The notes under the pieces: model-generated | Told to the model about the DNA's origin: nothing | Database searches by the model: none | What the model saw: the letters and a program-made list of their open reading frames with translations, nothing else | Program-made: the position numbers and the translations under genes | Assembly (NCBI GenBank): GCA_965207445.1 | Contig: CBDBLX010000002.1 | Coordinates: 2,199,849 to 2,263,848 of the forward strand | Reading direction: 5' to 3' | Origin: Nitrosopumilus sp. | GTDB taxonomy: Archaea > Thermoproteota > Nitrososphaeria > Nitrososphaerales > Nitrosopumilaceae | Length of the DNA: 64,000 nt | In this document: piece after piece, positions 21,384-32,480 of the stretch | Position numbering within the stretch: the first letter of the stretch is position 1 | How the letters are laid out: every line of letters begins with the position of its first letter

Positions 21384-23476
21384 GGGTCTTCTGCGTTAAT
21401 CGTTGGTAACTTGCACGTTGCTACCATTGTCGCTTGTGCGACATTGATGCGTCCCGTAATATCACCGTCGTTGCATGACTGGCTCAAGACCCTTGGATTC
21501 ACATGGCAAGGTTGTACAGACTCAGGCCACTGCTCCTCCCATGGCTGCCACGCCAGCATTGCCGATGAGTGTAATCCATTTGTTATTGCCGTGTATTGTT
21601 ATTCCTGCTGCTTCTGCGGGTGTACCTCCTAATGATCCATGTGGACGTACATAGTTGTACCACACACTAAAGCCCATGGCTATGGCAGATTTTGTGCTTT
21701 TGATTCCGCGTCGAGGATTGTAACAGATTCGCTGTATATTGTTAAAACTTTCAATGACATTGTTGTTTCCCTTGTCATGAGTTTTGCTTATTCCTGCTTT
21801 GTCTTTGTGTATACATTGTGTCTTTTTTTGTCGTTGCAATTGTGTAATTTTATCAGGATCTGAAATGTGCTCACAGTGATCATCAAGTGGGCTAAGTTGT
21901 GCGTATACTACTCTAAATGCAACTTTGTATGAGTCAAGATCGTCGCTGATAATCTCTACGGGTATCTTATTTGCACGTATTGCGGCATTTGTAAACAGGC
22001 TCGTTGCATTAAATTCATCCTTTTTACCTCCCAGTTCAATTGCAAGCAATACCCGCGTCTTGTAGTCAATTATAGTAAACAGATAATGCGTTTTATTATC
22101 TATCTTTACATATACTTCATCTACATGAAATCTATCGCCAAGATTTGGTAATGGGAGTTTCATTGTGTATGTATTGATCATTTTGGTGTATTTTGCAATT
22201 GTTCTGAGGATGCTGGTGTGATGTCTTTCTAGTCCTTGGGATTTTAGTGTGTCAGAAATTGCGGGTGATGAGTGTCCTTTGAAATAATCATTTAACATAT
22301 CTGCTACGTCTTTTTTGCTACAACGCATACGTTCCATGCCTGCTCTGTATACAAATACTGCACCACAACCGTCTTTTTTACTACACTGCCATCTTTGTTC
22401 TTTCTTTTTTTGGCCTGTTTCTTTTACAGTCCATTCCTGTGTCCCATATTTGATTATGTGCGTATTATTGCAGTGTTTACACTTTGGAGGGTGTTTTTCA
22501 TCTATTGGGTAGATGTGCGTAGGCTCAACAGAATCTGTAAATTTATCACCACCATTATCACCACCATTATCATCATATAATTCAGATTTTGTTTGTGTGT
22601 CTGTATCTTTTTCTTGCTTTGATTCTGTGTGTGGTAATTGATCACCACCATTATCATCATATAATTCAGATTTTGTTTGTGTGTCTGTATCTTTTTCTTG
22701 CTTTGATTCTGTGTGTGGTAATTGATCACCGCCATCGTATTTTTTGGTACAATATTCTGTAATGGTAGTGCAACGATTTGTAACGTTTGTCTCTTTACTG
22801 TCTATCTCTGATACGTTTTTCATAATTTTTTCTGCTTCATTGTCCACTACATGTGCTGTCACCGCCAAAATGTGTTTACATTTAGCTTTTCTGTATTCGT
22901 AATCAAAGCAGTTACACTCATATCTTCCGGTGGATTTCCGGATAACGTCATACCACAGACCTGGTTGGGACTGCGATTTGACTGCATAATGACCAGATTT
23001 AATGCACGTTATATTCTCTGGTTTTTCCAGTATACGCATGGCTTTTTGGCCTCGTTTTTCTGCGCCCTTGCTCCATGAGACACGTTTTTGCATCCATGTT
23101 GCTAGTCTTACTGTCCTGTCATGTTTTAGTGTAAACCATCCTCTAAATCGTTTAAGACGATCTAGCTTTGGGCGTTTTTGTCCCAAATCATTTGAATCTT
23201 GAACACCATCAGGGTTAAATTCATAATCAGTAATCTTTTGTTGTACACTCTTTGGTCTCATTTTTTCTATCTCAATGAGATCTCACGACGTGTATATTTA
23301 ACGTTCATGTGCAAAAACGATGTCAACACACCCATATTTTGAGAAAATATTCACTAGAATTATACATTATGTGAGATTTTAAATTGTGAATTTTTAAAAA
23401 GTTTATTCAACCACGCCATGAGTATACCTACGGAACTTGCCAGATTTCAGTTACCAACGATTAACGCAGAAGACCC
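21384..23476 (-). mobile_element. IS6-family-like insertion sequence, complete copy 1 (2093 bp)
   Basis: 28-bp IR gggtcttctgcgttaatcgttggtaact; 9-bp TSD gtgtgactt on both sides. Confidence 0.92.
21522..23261 (-). CDS. IS6-like DDE transposase with N-terminal SWIM Zn finger and Zn ribbon
   Basis: SWIM CNC...CKH; CKHC...C; DDE triad FHVDEVYVK / IISDDLDSY / NNVIESFN. Confidence 0.88.
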   Translation of the reverse strand: MRPKSVQQKITDYEFNPDGVQDSNDLGQKRPKLDRLKRFRGWFTLKHDRTVRLATWMQKRVSWSKGAEKRGQKAMRILEKPENITCIKSGHYAVKSQSQPGLWYDVIRKSTGRYECNCFDYEYRKAKCKHILAVTAHVVDNEAEKIMKNVSEIDSKETNVTNRCTTITEYCTKKYDGGDQLPHTESKQEKDTDTQTKSELYDDNGGDQLPHTESKQEKDTDTQTKSELYDDNGGDNGGDKFTDSVEPTHIYPIDEKHPPKCKHCNNTHIIKYGTQEWTVKETGQKKKEQRWQCSKKDGCGAVFVYRAGMERMRCSKKDVADMLNDYFKGHSSPAISDTLKSQGLERHHTSILRTIAKYTKMINTYTMKLPLPNLGDRFHVDEVYVKIDNKTHYLFTIIDYKTRVLLAIELGGKKDEFNATSLFTNAAIRANKIPVEIISDDLDSYKVAFRVVYAQLSPLDDHCEHISDPDKITQLQRQKKTQCIHKDKAGISKTHDKGNNNVIESFNNIQRICYNPRRGIKSTKSAIAMGFSVWYNYVRPHGSLGGTPAEAAGITIHGNNKWITLIGNAGVAAMGGAVA

Positions 23477-23821
23477 GTGTGACTTAGCGTGTTGCATAAC
23501 TCATAAATTTATACTCCTCTGGGGTCGTGGCCATGTGGTCTGAGCCGCGCAACCTAATCGTTACACGATTCGAAGCCACTCAAATGCTTAGTGATTTCAT
23601 TAAAGTTCCGATAGTTTTTAGACATTATTATAATCATATATTGGGAAATCAGGCAGGCCCCATGTTGTAATCCATACATGCTCCATGGTTTTTCCGTGCC
23701 ATGTCCATGCCAGCCGTGTATTCAGGCGTGGCAAAGGGTATGTGCGCAGCCGTCCTGTTCATAGTACGATCTGTGCGTCGCACAGCCTCACCCGGACCTC
23801 CTAGTTCGCGTAATATGCAGT

Positions 23822-24424
23822 TCATGCAGCCCGGAGTTCTGGTATTGGCGCGTTGTTCTTTGCGTCTTGTATGGCATTGCGCATGTACTCTAGTAGCCTG
23901 ACTGTACCCACCTCGCCGTTTTCCATCATGTGTAGTATGGACTTTTGAATCTCTGGAAAACCGCCCTTGTAGTATCTGCCTGCTAGTGCGCGCTTTATCT
24001 CGCGCCATTGGATCTCTATGGGATTGTGCTGAGGAGTGTATGGCGGCAAGTACCATAGTGCGACTTGACCCCTTGTCTGTTCCAGATACTGTTTGATGTC
24101 TTTGGACTTGTGCGCAGACGCATTGTCACATATGACAAATACCTTGCCGTACTTTTCTCGGAGCACCTCCAATAACTTTATGACGTTTACAGTATTCGCA
24201 CTGTCGCAAAAGTGCAGGTGGCACGTGTCGGCCCCGAGTGCACCCAGCATTTTCATGCTTGTTTTTGAAAAGTTGACCTTTACAGTCTCAGAGCCTCCCC
24301 GGGTATATAGTCCGCGCGCGACATACGGCGAGTTTGTGATTGTAGAAGCGTCCATACAGAACACCTCATAGCCGGCGCGGGCGTGCGCCATGATGGCGCG
24401 TATTGTGTTGTGTACATAATACAT
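23822..24424 (-). CDS. IS630 transposase, catalytic ORF B
   Basis: FCMDAS, VICDNASAH, YLPPYTPQHNPIE.QW. Confidence 0.85.
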   Translation of the reverse strand: MYYVHNTIRAIMAHARAGYEVFCMDASTITNSPYVARGLYTRGGSETVKVNFSKTSMKMLGALGADTCHLHFCDSANTVNVIKLLEVLREKYGKVFVICDNASAHKSKDIKQYLEQTRGQVALWYLPPYTPQHNPIEIQWREIKRALAGRYYKGGFPEIQKSILHMMENGEVGTVRLLEYMRNAIQDAKNNAPIPELRAA

Positions 24425-24884
24425 TTCTTCTAATGGACTGGCTGACTTGTGGTGAATTGTCCTTGGGCATTCTTATTGAAAAGCCCATCCTGTGAGCTAG
24501 CGCCAGGGCTCCGGTCCACGTGTACTGGACGTCAAAAATGTTTACCAGATGCAATGCAAACAAGGCGGCAGTCCATGTCCCACGCTCAAAGCCGCACTGC
24601 ATCGGCTCTCTACTCAGATCGGCCTTTGCCTGTTCTTGTTGTTCCTTTGTGAGTCTGCACGGCCTGCCAGGGCTCTTGCGGTCGTACCTGCCCTCCAAGC
24701 CCTCTGACTGCAGTCTATTGAGCCACTCAGATATGACACCCTGACTACGTCCGAGCTGGGCGGCTATTACAGACTCACTCTTGCCCTTTTTTCGTCCAAC
24801 TGCCGCCTGCAGTCTGTCCCGGGACTTGCCCGGAGGCTCTTTACGGTAGGCGGCTTTTAGATCTTCCAGGGACACGTCGGGCAT
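24366..24884 (-). CDS. IS630 transposase, HTH ORF A
   Basis: IAAQLGRS...ISEWLNR...EGL...PGRP..LT, WT, GFS. Overlaps ORF B in a different frame. Confidence 0.8.
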   Translation of the reverse strand: MPDVSLEDLKAAYRKEPPGKSRDRLQAAVGRKKGKSESVIAAQLGRSQGVISEWLNRLQSEGLEGRYDRKSPGRPCRLTKEQQEQAKADLSREPMQCGFERGTWTAALFALHLVNIFDVQYTWTGALALAHRMGFSIRMPKDNSPQVSQSIRRNVLCTQHNTRHHGARPRRL

Positions 24885-25260
24885 GAACCCGTCCCCTTTT
24901 CCTACATAGGCCGTCTTCAAAAAATACGCACCTCGTCGATGCCGCAAGACGATCTGCCTGCAGAGTCGTTAAATATGGCATCAACGAATACTACTCGATG
25001 TACCATTTTTTCGTTTGCCAACAAACACTAATGGCCACATCACCTTTTGACACTCGAGGTCAAATTAGTTAAACCAAATGATCAAAAGTTACTCTAAATA
25101 CCTGCCACTGACATACACACCCAATTTCTCACCTCTCTTCTGGCCACCACACGGTATCTGCTACACATAGTGCCAATTACGTCTATTTTTCCACTCCGTA
25201 CCCGCCTGCCTAGCCGAAATCGCCTGCAAAAACCATCGGATCTTTAATGAAACTACTACC

Positions 25261-25440
25261 AGATCATGTCCTTGATACCATGGTATGTTGTTGAGATATG
25301 ACATGTACTTGAGATGATACTGGCATGGTATGCCATGGCAGTGCATACAGTTCTAGATATTATTGAGATGATACTGGCATGTACTTGAGATGATACTGGC
25401 ATGTATACCATGGCAGATCATGCCATGAGATACCATGGCC
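25261..25440. repeat. CATG-rich imperfect tandem repeat (ttgagatgatactggcatg units)
   Basis: Three ttgagatgatactggcatg copies; 11 CATG counted in 180 bp. Confidence 0.7.
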
Positions 25441-25470
25441 TTAGTATAAAATAAAAAAGAAAACACGCAG

Positions 25471-26022
25471 TTATCTACACGCGGCCTTCGTACTAGTTGG
25501 TTGTGTTGGTTGTGTTGGTTGTGTTGGTTGTGTTGGTTGTGTTGGTTGTGTTGGTTGTGTTGGTTGTGTTGGTTGTGTTGGTTGTGTTGGTTGTGTTGGT
25601 TGTGTTGGTTGTGTTGGTTGTGTTTGTACTGTGATTGTAAAAGTTTTTGTATCTTCAGAAACACCATTTAACACTTTAACTGTAATTTGATGTGTGCCAA
25701 TTTGTTGATTATTTGGTGTCCATGTGAATATGCCTCCTTCCGCTGTGATCGATGCGCCGTCTGGGAATGTTCCAGTCAGACTATAGTTCAATGTGTCAGG
25801 TAGTGGATTTGTGGCAGTAACAGTAAAACTCACTATTGTGCCTACATTGACAGTCTGATTTGGTATTGGGTCTAGTGTTGGGCCAAATTTCGATTGTAAT
25901 TCATCTAGTGTGTCTTGTGCGTCTTGTTGTCCTTGTGTTTCGGTTGCGGTCCAAAAGAGTGTACCAATTATGACAGTCATTGCCAAAAAACTGACTTTGT
26001 GTATAGTCTCTTTTTTGTTCAT
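25471..26022 (-). CDS. Secreted protein: signal peptide, cadherin/He_PIG-like Ig domain, (QPT)n tail
   Basis: Start [20 protein letters not shown]...FTVTATNP...PDGASI...FTWTP...ITVKV. Confidence 0.8.
   Translation of the reverse strand: MNKKETIHKVSFLAMTVIIGTLFWTATETQGQQDAQDTLDELQSKFGPTLDPIPNQTVNVGTIVSFTVTATNPLPDTLNYSLTGTFPDGASITAEGGIFTWTPNNQQIGTHQITVKVLNGVSEDTKTFTITVQTQPTQPTQPTQPTQPTQPTQPTQPTQPTQPTQPTQPTQPTQPTSTKAACR
25496..25622. repeat. 9-bp VNTR (ttggttgtg) x~14 encoding QPT
   Basis: Perfect tandem array visible in the sequence. Confidence 0.95.
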
Positions 26023-26065
26023 GTGTGTGTATACTTTTGCTTGTTTATATATGTGCGTTTTATAG

Positions 26066-27558
26066 GGGTCTTCTGCGTTAATCGTTGGTAACTTGCACGT
26101 TGCTACCATTGTCGCTTGTGCGACATTGATGCGTCCCGTAATATCACCGTCGTTGCATGACTGGCTCAAGACCCTTGGATTCACATGACAAGGTTGTACA
26201 GACTCAGGCCACTGCTCCTCCCATGGCTGCCACGCCAGCATTGCCGATGAGTGTAATCCATTTGTTATTGCCGTGTATTGTTATTCCTGCTGCTTCTGCG
26301 GGTGTACCTCCTAATGATCCATGTGGACGTACATAGTTGTACCACACACTAAAGCCCATGGCTATGGCAGATTTTGTGCTTTTGATTCCGCGTCGAGGAT
26401 TGTAACAGATTCGCTGTATATTGTTAAAACTTTCAATGACATTGTTGTTTCCCTTGTCATGAGTTTTGCTTATTCCTGCTTTGTCTTTGTGTATACATTG
26501 TGTCTTTTTTTGTCGTTGCAATTGTGTAATTTTATCAGGATCTGAAATGTGCTCACAGTGATCATCAAGTGGGCTAAGTTGTGCGTATACTACTCTAAAT
26601 GCAACTTTGTATGAGTCAAGATCGTCGCTGATAATCTCTACGGGTATCTTATTTGCACGTATTGCGGCATTTGTAAACAGGCTCGTTGCATTAAATTCAT
26701 CCTTTTTACCTCCCAGTTCAATTGCAAGCAATACCCGCGTCTTGTAGTCAATTATAGTAAACAGATAATGCGTTTTATTATTTATCTTTACATATACTTC
26801 ATCTACATGAAATCTATCGCCAAGATTTGGTAATGGGAGTTTCATTGTGTATGTATTGATCATTTTGGTGTATTTTGCAATTGTTCTGAGGATGCTGGTG
26901 TGATGTCTTTCTAGTCCTTGGGATTTTAGTGTGTCACAAATTGCAGGTGATGAGTGTCCTTTGAAATAGTCATTTAACATATCTGCTACATCTTTTTTGC
27001 TACAACGCATACGTTCCATGCCTGCTCTGTATACAAATACTGCACCACAACCGTCTTTTTTACTACACTGCCATCTTTGTTCTTTCTTTTTTTGGCCTGT
27101 TTCTTTTACAGTCCATTCTTGTGTCCCATATTTGATTATGTGTGTATTATTGCAGTGTTTACACTTTGGAGGGCGTTTTTCATCTATGGGGTAGATGTGT
27201 GTAGGCTCAACAGAATCTGTAAATTTATCACCACCATTATCACCACCATTATCACCACCATTATCACCACCATTATCATCATATAATTCAGATTTTGTTT
27301 GTGTGTCTGTATCTTTTTCTTGCTTTGATTCTGTGTGTGGTAATTGATCACCACCATTATCATCATATAATTCAGATTTTGTTTGTGTGTCTGTATCTTT
27401 TTCTTGCTTTGATTCTGTGTGTGGTAATTGATCACCACCATCATATTTTTTGGTACAATATTCTGTAATGGTAGTGCAACGATTTGTAACGTTTGTCTCT
27501 TTACTGTCTGTCTCCGATACGTTTTTCATAATTTTTTCTGCTTCATTGTCCACTACAT
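26066..27558 (-). mobile_element. IS6-like copy 2, 5'-truncated at the ISH3 element
   Basis: IR at 26066. Transposase lacks the SWIM N-terminus; scattered SNPs and two extra 12-bp GGDN units relative to copy 1. Confidence 0.9.
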
Positions 27559-28949
27559 CAGTAGTTCGCAATGTGTTTTATATGATTTTATTTAAATAAT
27601 CTGCAATGTCGTTGAACGTTGATGATCATATTTGATCAGATCAAATAGAAAGTATAATATGTGGGGACATTTTAGTACCTCTGATAATATATGAAAAATG
27701 AGGTACTAGAACATCAATATGAATTAGGACAAGTAAATTATAAAGTTTTACGAAAACGATTCGACGATCTCGGACTAGACATATCAACCAGATATAACCA
27801 CACGTATGAGGTGGATGATTATCTTGGTACACTTGTCACCATGTCACTCAACAACATGTGCGTAAATGCAGCAACACACAAAAGAAAACGCAATGAGGCT
27901 AACTATTTTAAAAAAGGCGAGCGCATAAACATACCATCTGAAAATACTGTGCTCAAATGCCTAAAGAGTGCAGATCTAGAGAAAGTAAAACAATGGGGTG
28001 ACGAGAATGTCAAAGCAATGCTCAAGAATGCCAAAAAACACAACATGCTCAAAAAAGGCGGTACTATTGCAATTGATATGACCGGATGGGAATATTATGG
28101 CAAGGCACTCAAACCTGAGATGCTAAAAACAAAGCCCAAAAATGGTACTGCGAGATTTCATTCATTTATGACGGCACAAATGGTAAATCAAGCAGGTAAC
28201 ATACCTTTGTTTGCACATCGTGTGACCAGTAAGGATAAAATGGTCACAGTCATGCGTAAAATCATTGAAAAATTAATTCGAGAGGATGCACGTCCGGAAC
28301 TTGGCCTCTTTGATCGGGGTTTTTACAATGTTGCATGCATAGATGAACTTTTGCGCTTGCGCCTGTCTTTCATAATGCCGGCAATTAAAAATAAGCGCAT
28401 ACAAAAATATATTTTAGAAGTTCACAACAAAAAGAGAAAAACTGCATCAGTCATTGAGATGCGTGATAAAAACAAAAAAGCAGTAAAGTTCACATTACTT
28501 ATCGTCAAAAAAAATAATGCCAAAGAAACTGATAAAACGGTCGATCAGTATGTGGCATTTGCCACAAATATGAAAATCACTAGCAAAAGCAAACTCATCA
28601 AAACCATCCCAGAGACTTATCGCAAGCGCTGGATAATAGAGACGGGATACAGAGTGATAAAAAACACGACTCCAAAGACAACTAGCAACGCCTTGCAGCT
28701 TCGATTACTGTTGATATTTTTTGGAATGTTATTATATGGTTTATGGGTAATGGCAAGGTACGAAAATTACGGTGGACTTGTAGATGAAAAATTATTTACA
28801 ATGGATGCGTTTGTAGATTCAATTGCCGGTTCAATCAGAAGACTGCTTCGGTGGGAATTGGAGCACGGTGGTTCCTTACCATTGTAAATCTGTCGCACTG
28901 CATAATTAGAAATAAGATCATTAAAAATTGAGCACATTGCGAACTACTG
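27559..28949 (+). mobile_element. ISH3-family (IS4 superfamily) element
   Basis: Perfect 17-bp IR cagtagttcgcaatgtg / cacattgcgaactactg; acat on both sides. Confidence 0.88.
27691..28887 (+). CDS. ISH3-family transposase
   Basis: IAIDMT, LFDRGFY, YRKRWIIETGYR (YREK motif). Confidence 0.9.
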   Translation: MKNEVLEHQYELGQVNYKVLRKRFDDLGLDISTRYNHTYEVDDYLGTLVTMSLNNMCVNAATHKRKRNEANYFKKGERINIPSENTVLKCLKSADLEKVKQWGDENVKAMLKNAKKHNMLKKGGTIAIDMTGWEYYGKALKPEMLKTKPKNGTARFHSFMTAQMVNQAGNIPLFAHRVTSKDKMVTVMRKIIEKLIREDARPELGLFDRGFYNVACIDELLRLRLSFIMPAIKNKRIQKYILEVHNKKRKTASVIEMRDKNKKAVKFTLLIVKKNNAKETDKTVDQYVAFATNMKITSKSKLIKTIPETYRKRWIIETGYRVIKNTTPKTTSNALQLRLLLIFFGMLLYGLWVMARYENYGGLVDEKLFTMDAFVDSIAGSIRRLLRWELEHGGSLPL

Positions 28950-28999
28950 ACATAGAGTCTGCAGATATGTGTTTGTGTGCCTGTGCAGCCTGACTCCTC

Positions 29000-29330
29000 A
29001 TTACAGACGTGAATTGTCGCTGACAGGCTGCTTGCAGTGTGACATGATCGGTGGCGGTATTGCGCGGCTAAAGATGTCAAAGTGTGGGTTCATGGACATT
29101 TCAATGACTGCATCATTAACAGATATTCCGTTTTTTTACAAGTAGCAGTAAATGTCTTGTTTGTAGAAAAGTTATGGGCTGCCTTCCAGTTTGGAAATGG
29201 TTCCTTACACTTGCGATAGCATGTAATGAAACAATCACGTAGTGTACCCTCAACACCGTTTGTATGAAGCGGCGCTCCCGGATAGCGTATTGATGTGTAC
29301 ATATGTTCTGCTGCATTATTGTTGTCAATT
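29000..29330 (-). pseudogene. IS66-like transposase C-terminal remnant
   Basis: RYPGAPLHTNGVEGTLR...TFTATCKK resembles the IS66 'P..NN..ER.LR' region. Confidence 0.5.
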
Positions 29331-29431
29331 GATTATATGTGAATATACGATGCCAAGATCATCATGATCAGAGAAATGCGCATGATCATTTACTTTATAT
29401 ATATGCACTTTAAAAAGCAAAATAGTTACCT

Positions 29432-29466
29432 AGATTTCAGTTACCAACGATTAACGCAGAAGATCC
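29432..29466 (-). mobile_element. Isolated IS6-like terminal repeat (5'-end type, GGATC variant)
   Basis: agatttcagttaccaacgattaacgcagaagatcc. Confidence 0.85.
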
Positions 29467-29474
29467 TTATAGTG

Positions 29475-30815
29475 TCAACTGTATAACGTGATTATAAGAT
29501 TCACAATTCTGTTAATCTCTGTTATTGTGGCGTTTAGTGTGTCGTATGCCTTCTGGAGTGCATCATACTTCTCTTGGAGTGTGTTCAGGGTCATGTTATA
29601 TTCTGCTTGCAGAATGATTCGTTGTTGTTTTAAAGCGTTGTCTACGTATGCTTGATCAAATGGTGTTGGGTCTGTTTTCATGTTTACTGGCGGTGTTTCT
29701 AAATCTGATTGTGGTGGTGGTGTGGGTGGTGGCGTATTGATGACTATTGTTCTTGTTTCTGTTTCTGTGTTTCCTGCGTTGTCTGTGCATGTGTATGCTA
29801 TAGTTTGCATGCCTGTATTTGTTGTGTTGATATTGGTTGCGTTGGATGTGATTGTTGTGATAATTCCATCATTTTTATCAAAACATATTGCTCCTTCATC
29901 TTTGTATGTAACACCTTGAGTTATGTCAGTGTTGTTAAATCCAATTAGTACAATTATTGGTGGCGTTGTGTCGGGCGTTGGTGGCGTTGGTGGCGTTGGT
30001 GGCGGTTCACTTTGTGGTTTGAAAAATGTTTCAAAAGGTACATGATCTGCTAGAATATACTCCCAGTATCTTGTTATTTGGTAATATTGTTCGGGGCATG
30101 AACGTGATTTTTCTAAGGTTAAACTGCCATCAAATAGTAAGTAGTTGTTGTAAACAGGATCTGAACCGTATGACCAACACGCAATGTTAGAAAACCGTTT
30201 CAAGTCTGTGTCATGTGTGCTTGTATAATCAGCTCCGCTATCAAGGTACAAGAAAAAATATTGTGTGTTGTATAGCATGTCATGTCCTAAATTAGGATGT
30301 AGATCTGTTTGTATAACTGCTGTTAACATAGTTGCAAATTGATCAGCAACAGTCTCCTCATTTCCTGAAAATGGCAAGTCGTAAATATCTAAAATTGCGT
30401 GTGCAATTTCATGGTAAAGTATGAAGTATGTAACGTCTTGTGTAAAAAACATGTCTAGATTATATGTATATTGTATTCTGTCTAGGTCGTCTATTAGTTC
30501 ATAACATATGACTATTTTTTTTTCTAATGGATAATAGTATGCATTTTCTGCACCACATTCCTGTGCATAGATTATAACATCATATGGTAAGTTGAAATTT
30601 TCGTTAAGCCATTTTACTTCATCATCTATTAAGTGTGTATTTTGTAACCATTCTGCGTTTGTTATTGTATATGGTGAATTAGGGTTGGGACCATAAATTA
30701 TTTTGAAGTCACCATTATCAACAGTGACTGTTTGAGCTTGTGTACTTGTAATGTTTATGGTCATTAGTATTACTATTACAAATAATCCAAATATTGCATA
30801 TGGTGTGTATTTCAA
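29475..30815 (-). CDS. Secreted putative Zn-metallopeptidase (DUF4344-like) + DUF5011-like Ig domain + shared C-terminal coiled-coil module
   Basis: Signal peptide; NAYYYP...ICYEL, HEIAH (HExxH), EETVADQFA; DTTPPII...TDNAGN; tail PFDQAYVDNALKQQ...IITLYS. Confidence 0.85.
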   Translation of the reverse strand: MKYTPYAIFGLFVIVILMTINITSTQAQTVTVDNGDFKIIYGPNPNSPYTITNAEWLQNTHLIDDEVKWLNENFNLPYDVIIYAQECGAENAYYYPLEKKIVICYELIDDLDRIQYTYNLDMFFTQDVTYFILYHEIAHAILDIYDLPFSGNEETVADQFATMLTAVIQTDLHPNLGHDMLYNTQYFFLYLDSGADYTSTHDTDLKRFSNIACWSYGSDPVYNNYLLFDGSLTLEKSRSCPEQYYQITRYWEYILADHVPFETFFKPQSEPPPTPPTPPTPDTTPPIIVLIGFNNTDITQGVTYKDEGAICFDKNDGIITTITSNATNINTTNTGMQTIAYTCTDNAGNTETETRTIVINTPPPTPPPQSDLETPPVNMKTDPTPFDQAYVDNALKQQRIILQAEYNMTLNTLQEKYDALQKAYDTLNATITEINRIVNLIITLYS

Positions 30816-30947
30816 TTATGTTGTGTTTTTTTGGTACTGTTTAAATATTTATTTAAGCATGATGGTGTTTTGGACTATGCGGGTTGTGTCAAAAGATGTG
30901 ATCTGTGAGTTATATCGTAAAAATGGCTTTTTGATCATTAACAAGTG

Positions 30948-32480
30948 TCAACTGTATAACGTGATTATAAGATTCACGATTCTGTTAATCTCTGCTATTG
31001 TAGCGTTTAGTGTGTCGTATGCCTTCTGGAGTACATCATACTTATCTTGTAGTCTATCATACTTATCTTGTAGTATGTTCAATGTTGTGTTATGCGCTGC
31101 TTGCAGCATGGTTCGTTGTTGTTTTAAAGCGTTGTCTACGTATGCTTGATCAAATGGTGTTGGGTCTTGTGTGTTTGTATTATTGGTTGGCGGTGTGGTT
31201 ACCGAGAAGTGACTTACAATACCAGATATTGCACCTGGTGAACTATAGTCAATCTCAAAGCTACGGTTTCTATCAGCGTCATCTCTTACCACTAGGTTGG
31301 ACCTTTGGTCTTCTGCCCAGTTGAGAAATACATCATTGTTAGAGCCATCCTCTACAAATCCGATTACAAAGTTATCTGCTGTAAATATTTCACTTGCAGC
31401 AGCATTGGTGATGTTGTCAGTTGGTACACAAGCACCATTACTGTCATCATTACTCACCAAGTAATCCATATTTGCATTACTCGCATCTTGTATTCCAAAG
31501 TCTTTTGTGACTTGGCAGTCAATCAAAGGATCACCGCCTTGTCCGTTACGAACTATGGATATCTGTTCACCAATTCCAGCAGAACCTGCATAGTCAACAA
31601 TTGTCAAATCTCTGATATTATCAGGTGTGCCGTCCTCATCAAACAAGTTGTAATAAGCAGCTCCGTTTTGAGTATCAAATGCCCACATATCCTCATCAGT
31701 AGGATCTATGTTTAGTGCATAGTCATTTATCGTGACAAGTACGTGTGCGCTTTGTGGATATCGCTCACTGTTTAGTGAGTGTGATTCTGATGGGTCATCT
31801 AATGTTAGTGTGACTGTCTGTTGACCACCTTTCTCATACACAATTCTGACATCGCTTTGTGAAGCAAAGTCAAAGACCTGTATGAATGGCCACAAGTTAT
31901 CATTTGCAAGTCCGAGCTGACCGATTGTATCCCCATTGGGGTTCCAATCAGTTAGAGTTCTAGTCTCCCTTATCAGAGGGTGACTAGTATCACCGGGAAG
32001 TGCTGCACAATTCTCATTAACTGAACCTGGAGGAAAGTAGACACCGTTTGTGTCACTTAGCTGCAGAGTTGAAACAGTGCTTGCATCACTTGCAGAACAA
32101 AACACACCATAGTCTAGTTGTCCGTTCATTGTATCGATATCTGCAAGAGCATCGGCTTGTGCAAAGTATGCACGCCAGTTACCGTCGCCGGTTTGCAACA
32201 TTCGCAAATCAGCACCATTTACGGTTACGGTAGGCTCAGCCTCACTCTCACCAGTATCTCCGATTGTACTATCTAAAATTATAATTTCTATAATGTTTCC
32301 TTCGGCAAATTGATTGTCAGCGTCTTGACCTTCTGCAGATACATACAGGTTTGCATTAGTTTGGTCCACAGCAGCGTATGCTACGGGTGCAGTACCTGGT
32401 ATTGCAAAGGTAAGCCCACCGGCAACCATAATTGCCATTAATGTTAGGCTAGTATATTTTCTGTAATTTTCGTTTTGCAT
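30948..32480 (-). CDS. Chimeric protein: N-terminal ~430 aa of a thaumarchaeal S-layer protein (SlaA-like) + shared C-terminal coiled-coil module
   Basis: RKYTSLTLMAIMVAGGLTFAIPG...NANLYVSAE...EPTVTVNG..LRM.Q..DGNW.AYFA...WPFIQ...LNIDPTDED.W is the Nitrosopumilus-type S-layer N-terminus as I recall it. Confidence 0.85.
   Translation of the reverse strand: MQNENYRKYTSLTLMAIMVAGGLTFAIPGTAPVAYAAVDQTNANLYVSAEGQDADNQFAEGNIIEIIILDSTIGDTGESEAEPTVTVNGADLRMLQTGDGNWRAYFAQADALADIDTMNGQLDYGVFCSASDASTVSTLQLSDTNGVYFPPGSVNENCAALPGDTSHPLIRETRTLTDWNPNGDTIGQLGLANDNLWPFIQVFDFASQSDVRIVYEKGGQQTVTLTLDDPSESHSLNSERYPQSAHVLVTINDYALNIDPTDEDMWAFDTQNGAAYYNLFDEDGTPDNIRDLTIVDYAGSAGIGEQISIVRNGQGGDPLIDCQVTKDFGIQDASNANMDYLVSNDDSNGACVPTDNITNAAASEIFTADNFVIGFVEDGSNNDVFLNWAEDQRSNLVVRDDADRNRSFEIDYSSPGAISGIVSHFSVTTPPTNNTNTQDPTPFDQAYVDNALKQQRTMLQAAHNTTLNILQDKYDRLQDKYDVLQKAYDTLNATIAEINRIVNLIITLYS

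Larger units (their letters stand above)
23591..25256 (-). mobile_element. IS630-family element (two-ORF type), TA-flanked
   Basis: IRs gtgatttcattaaagttccgat / atcggatctttaatgaaactac; TA at 23589-90 and 25257-58. Confidence 0.88.

Noticed and set aside
23518..23580. ggggtcgtggcc...ttcgaa resembling a tRNA
   Set aside because: I could not form a cloverleaf or acceptor stem.
25471..26241. 256-aa ORF as given in the track
   Set aside because: The first 73 codons include IS6-end sequence (the same peptide appears at 21341 and 40892); the likely start is 26022.
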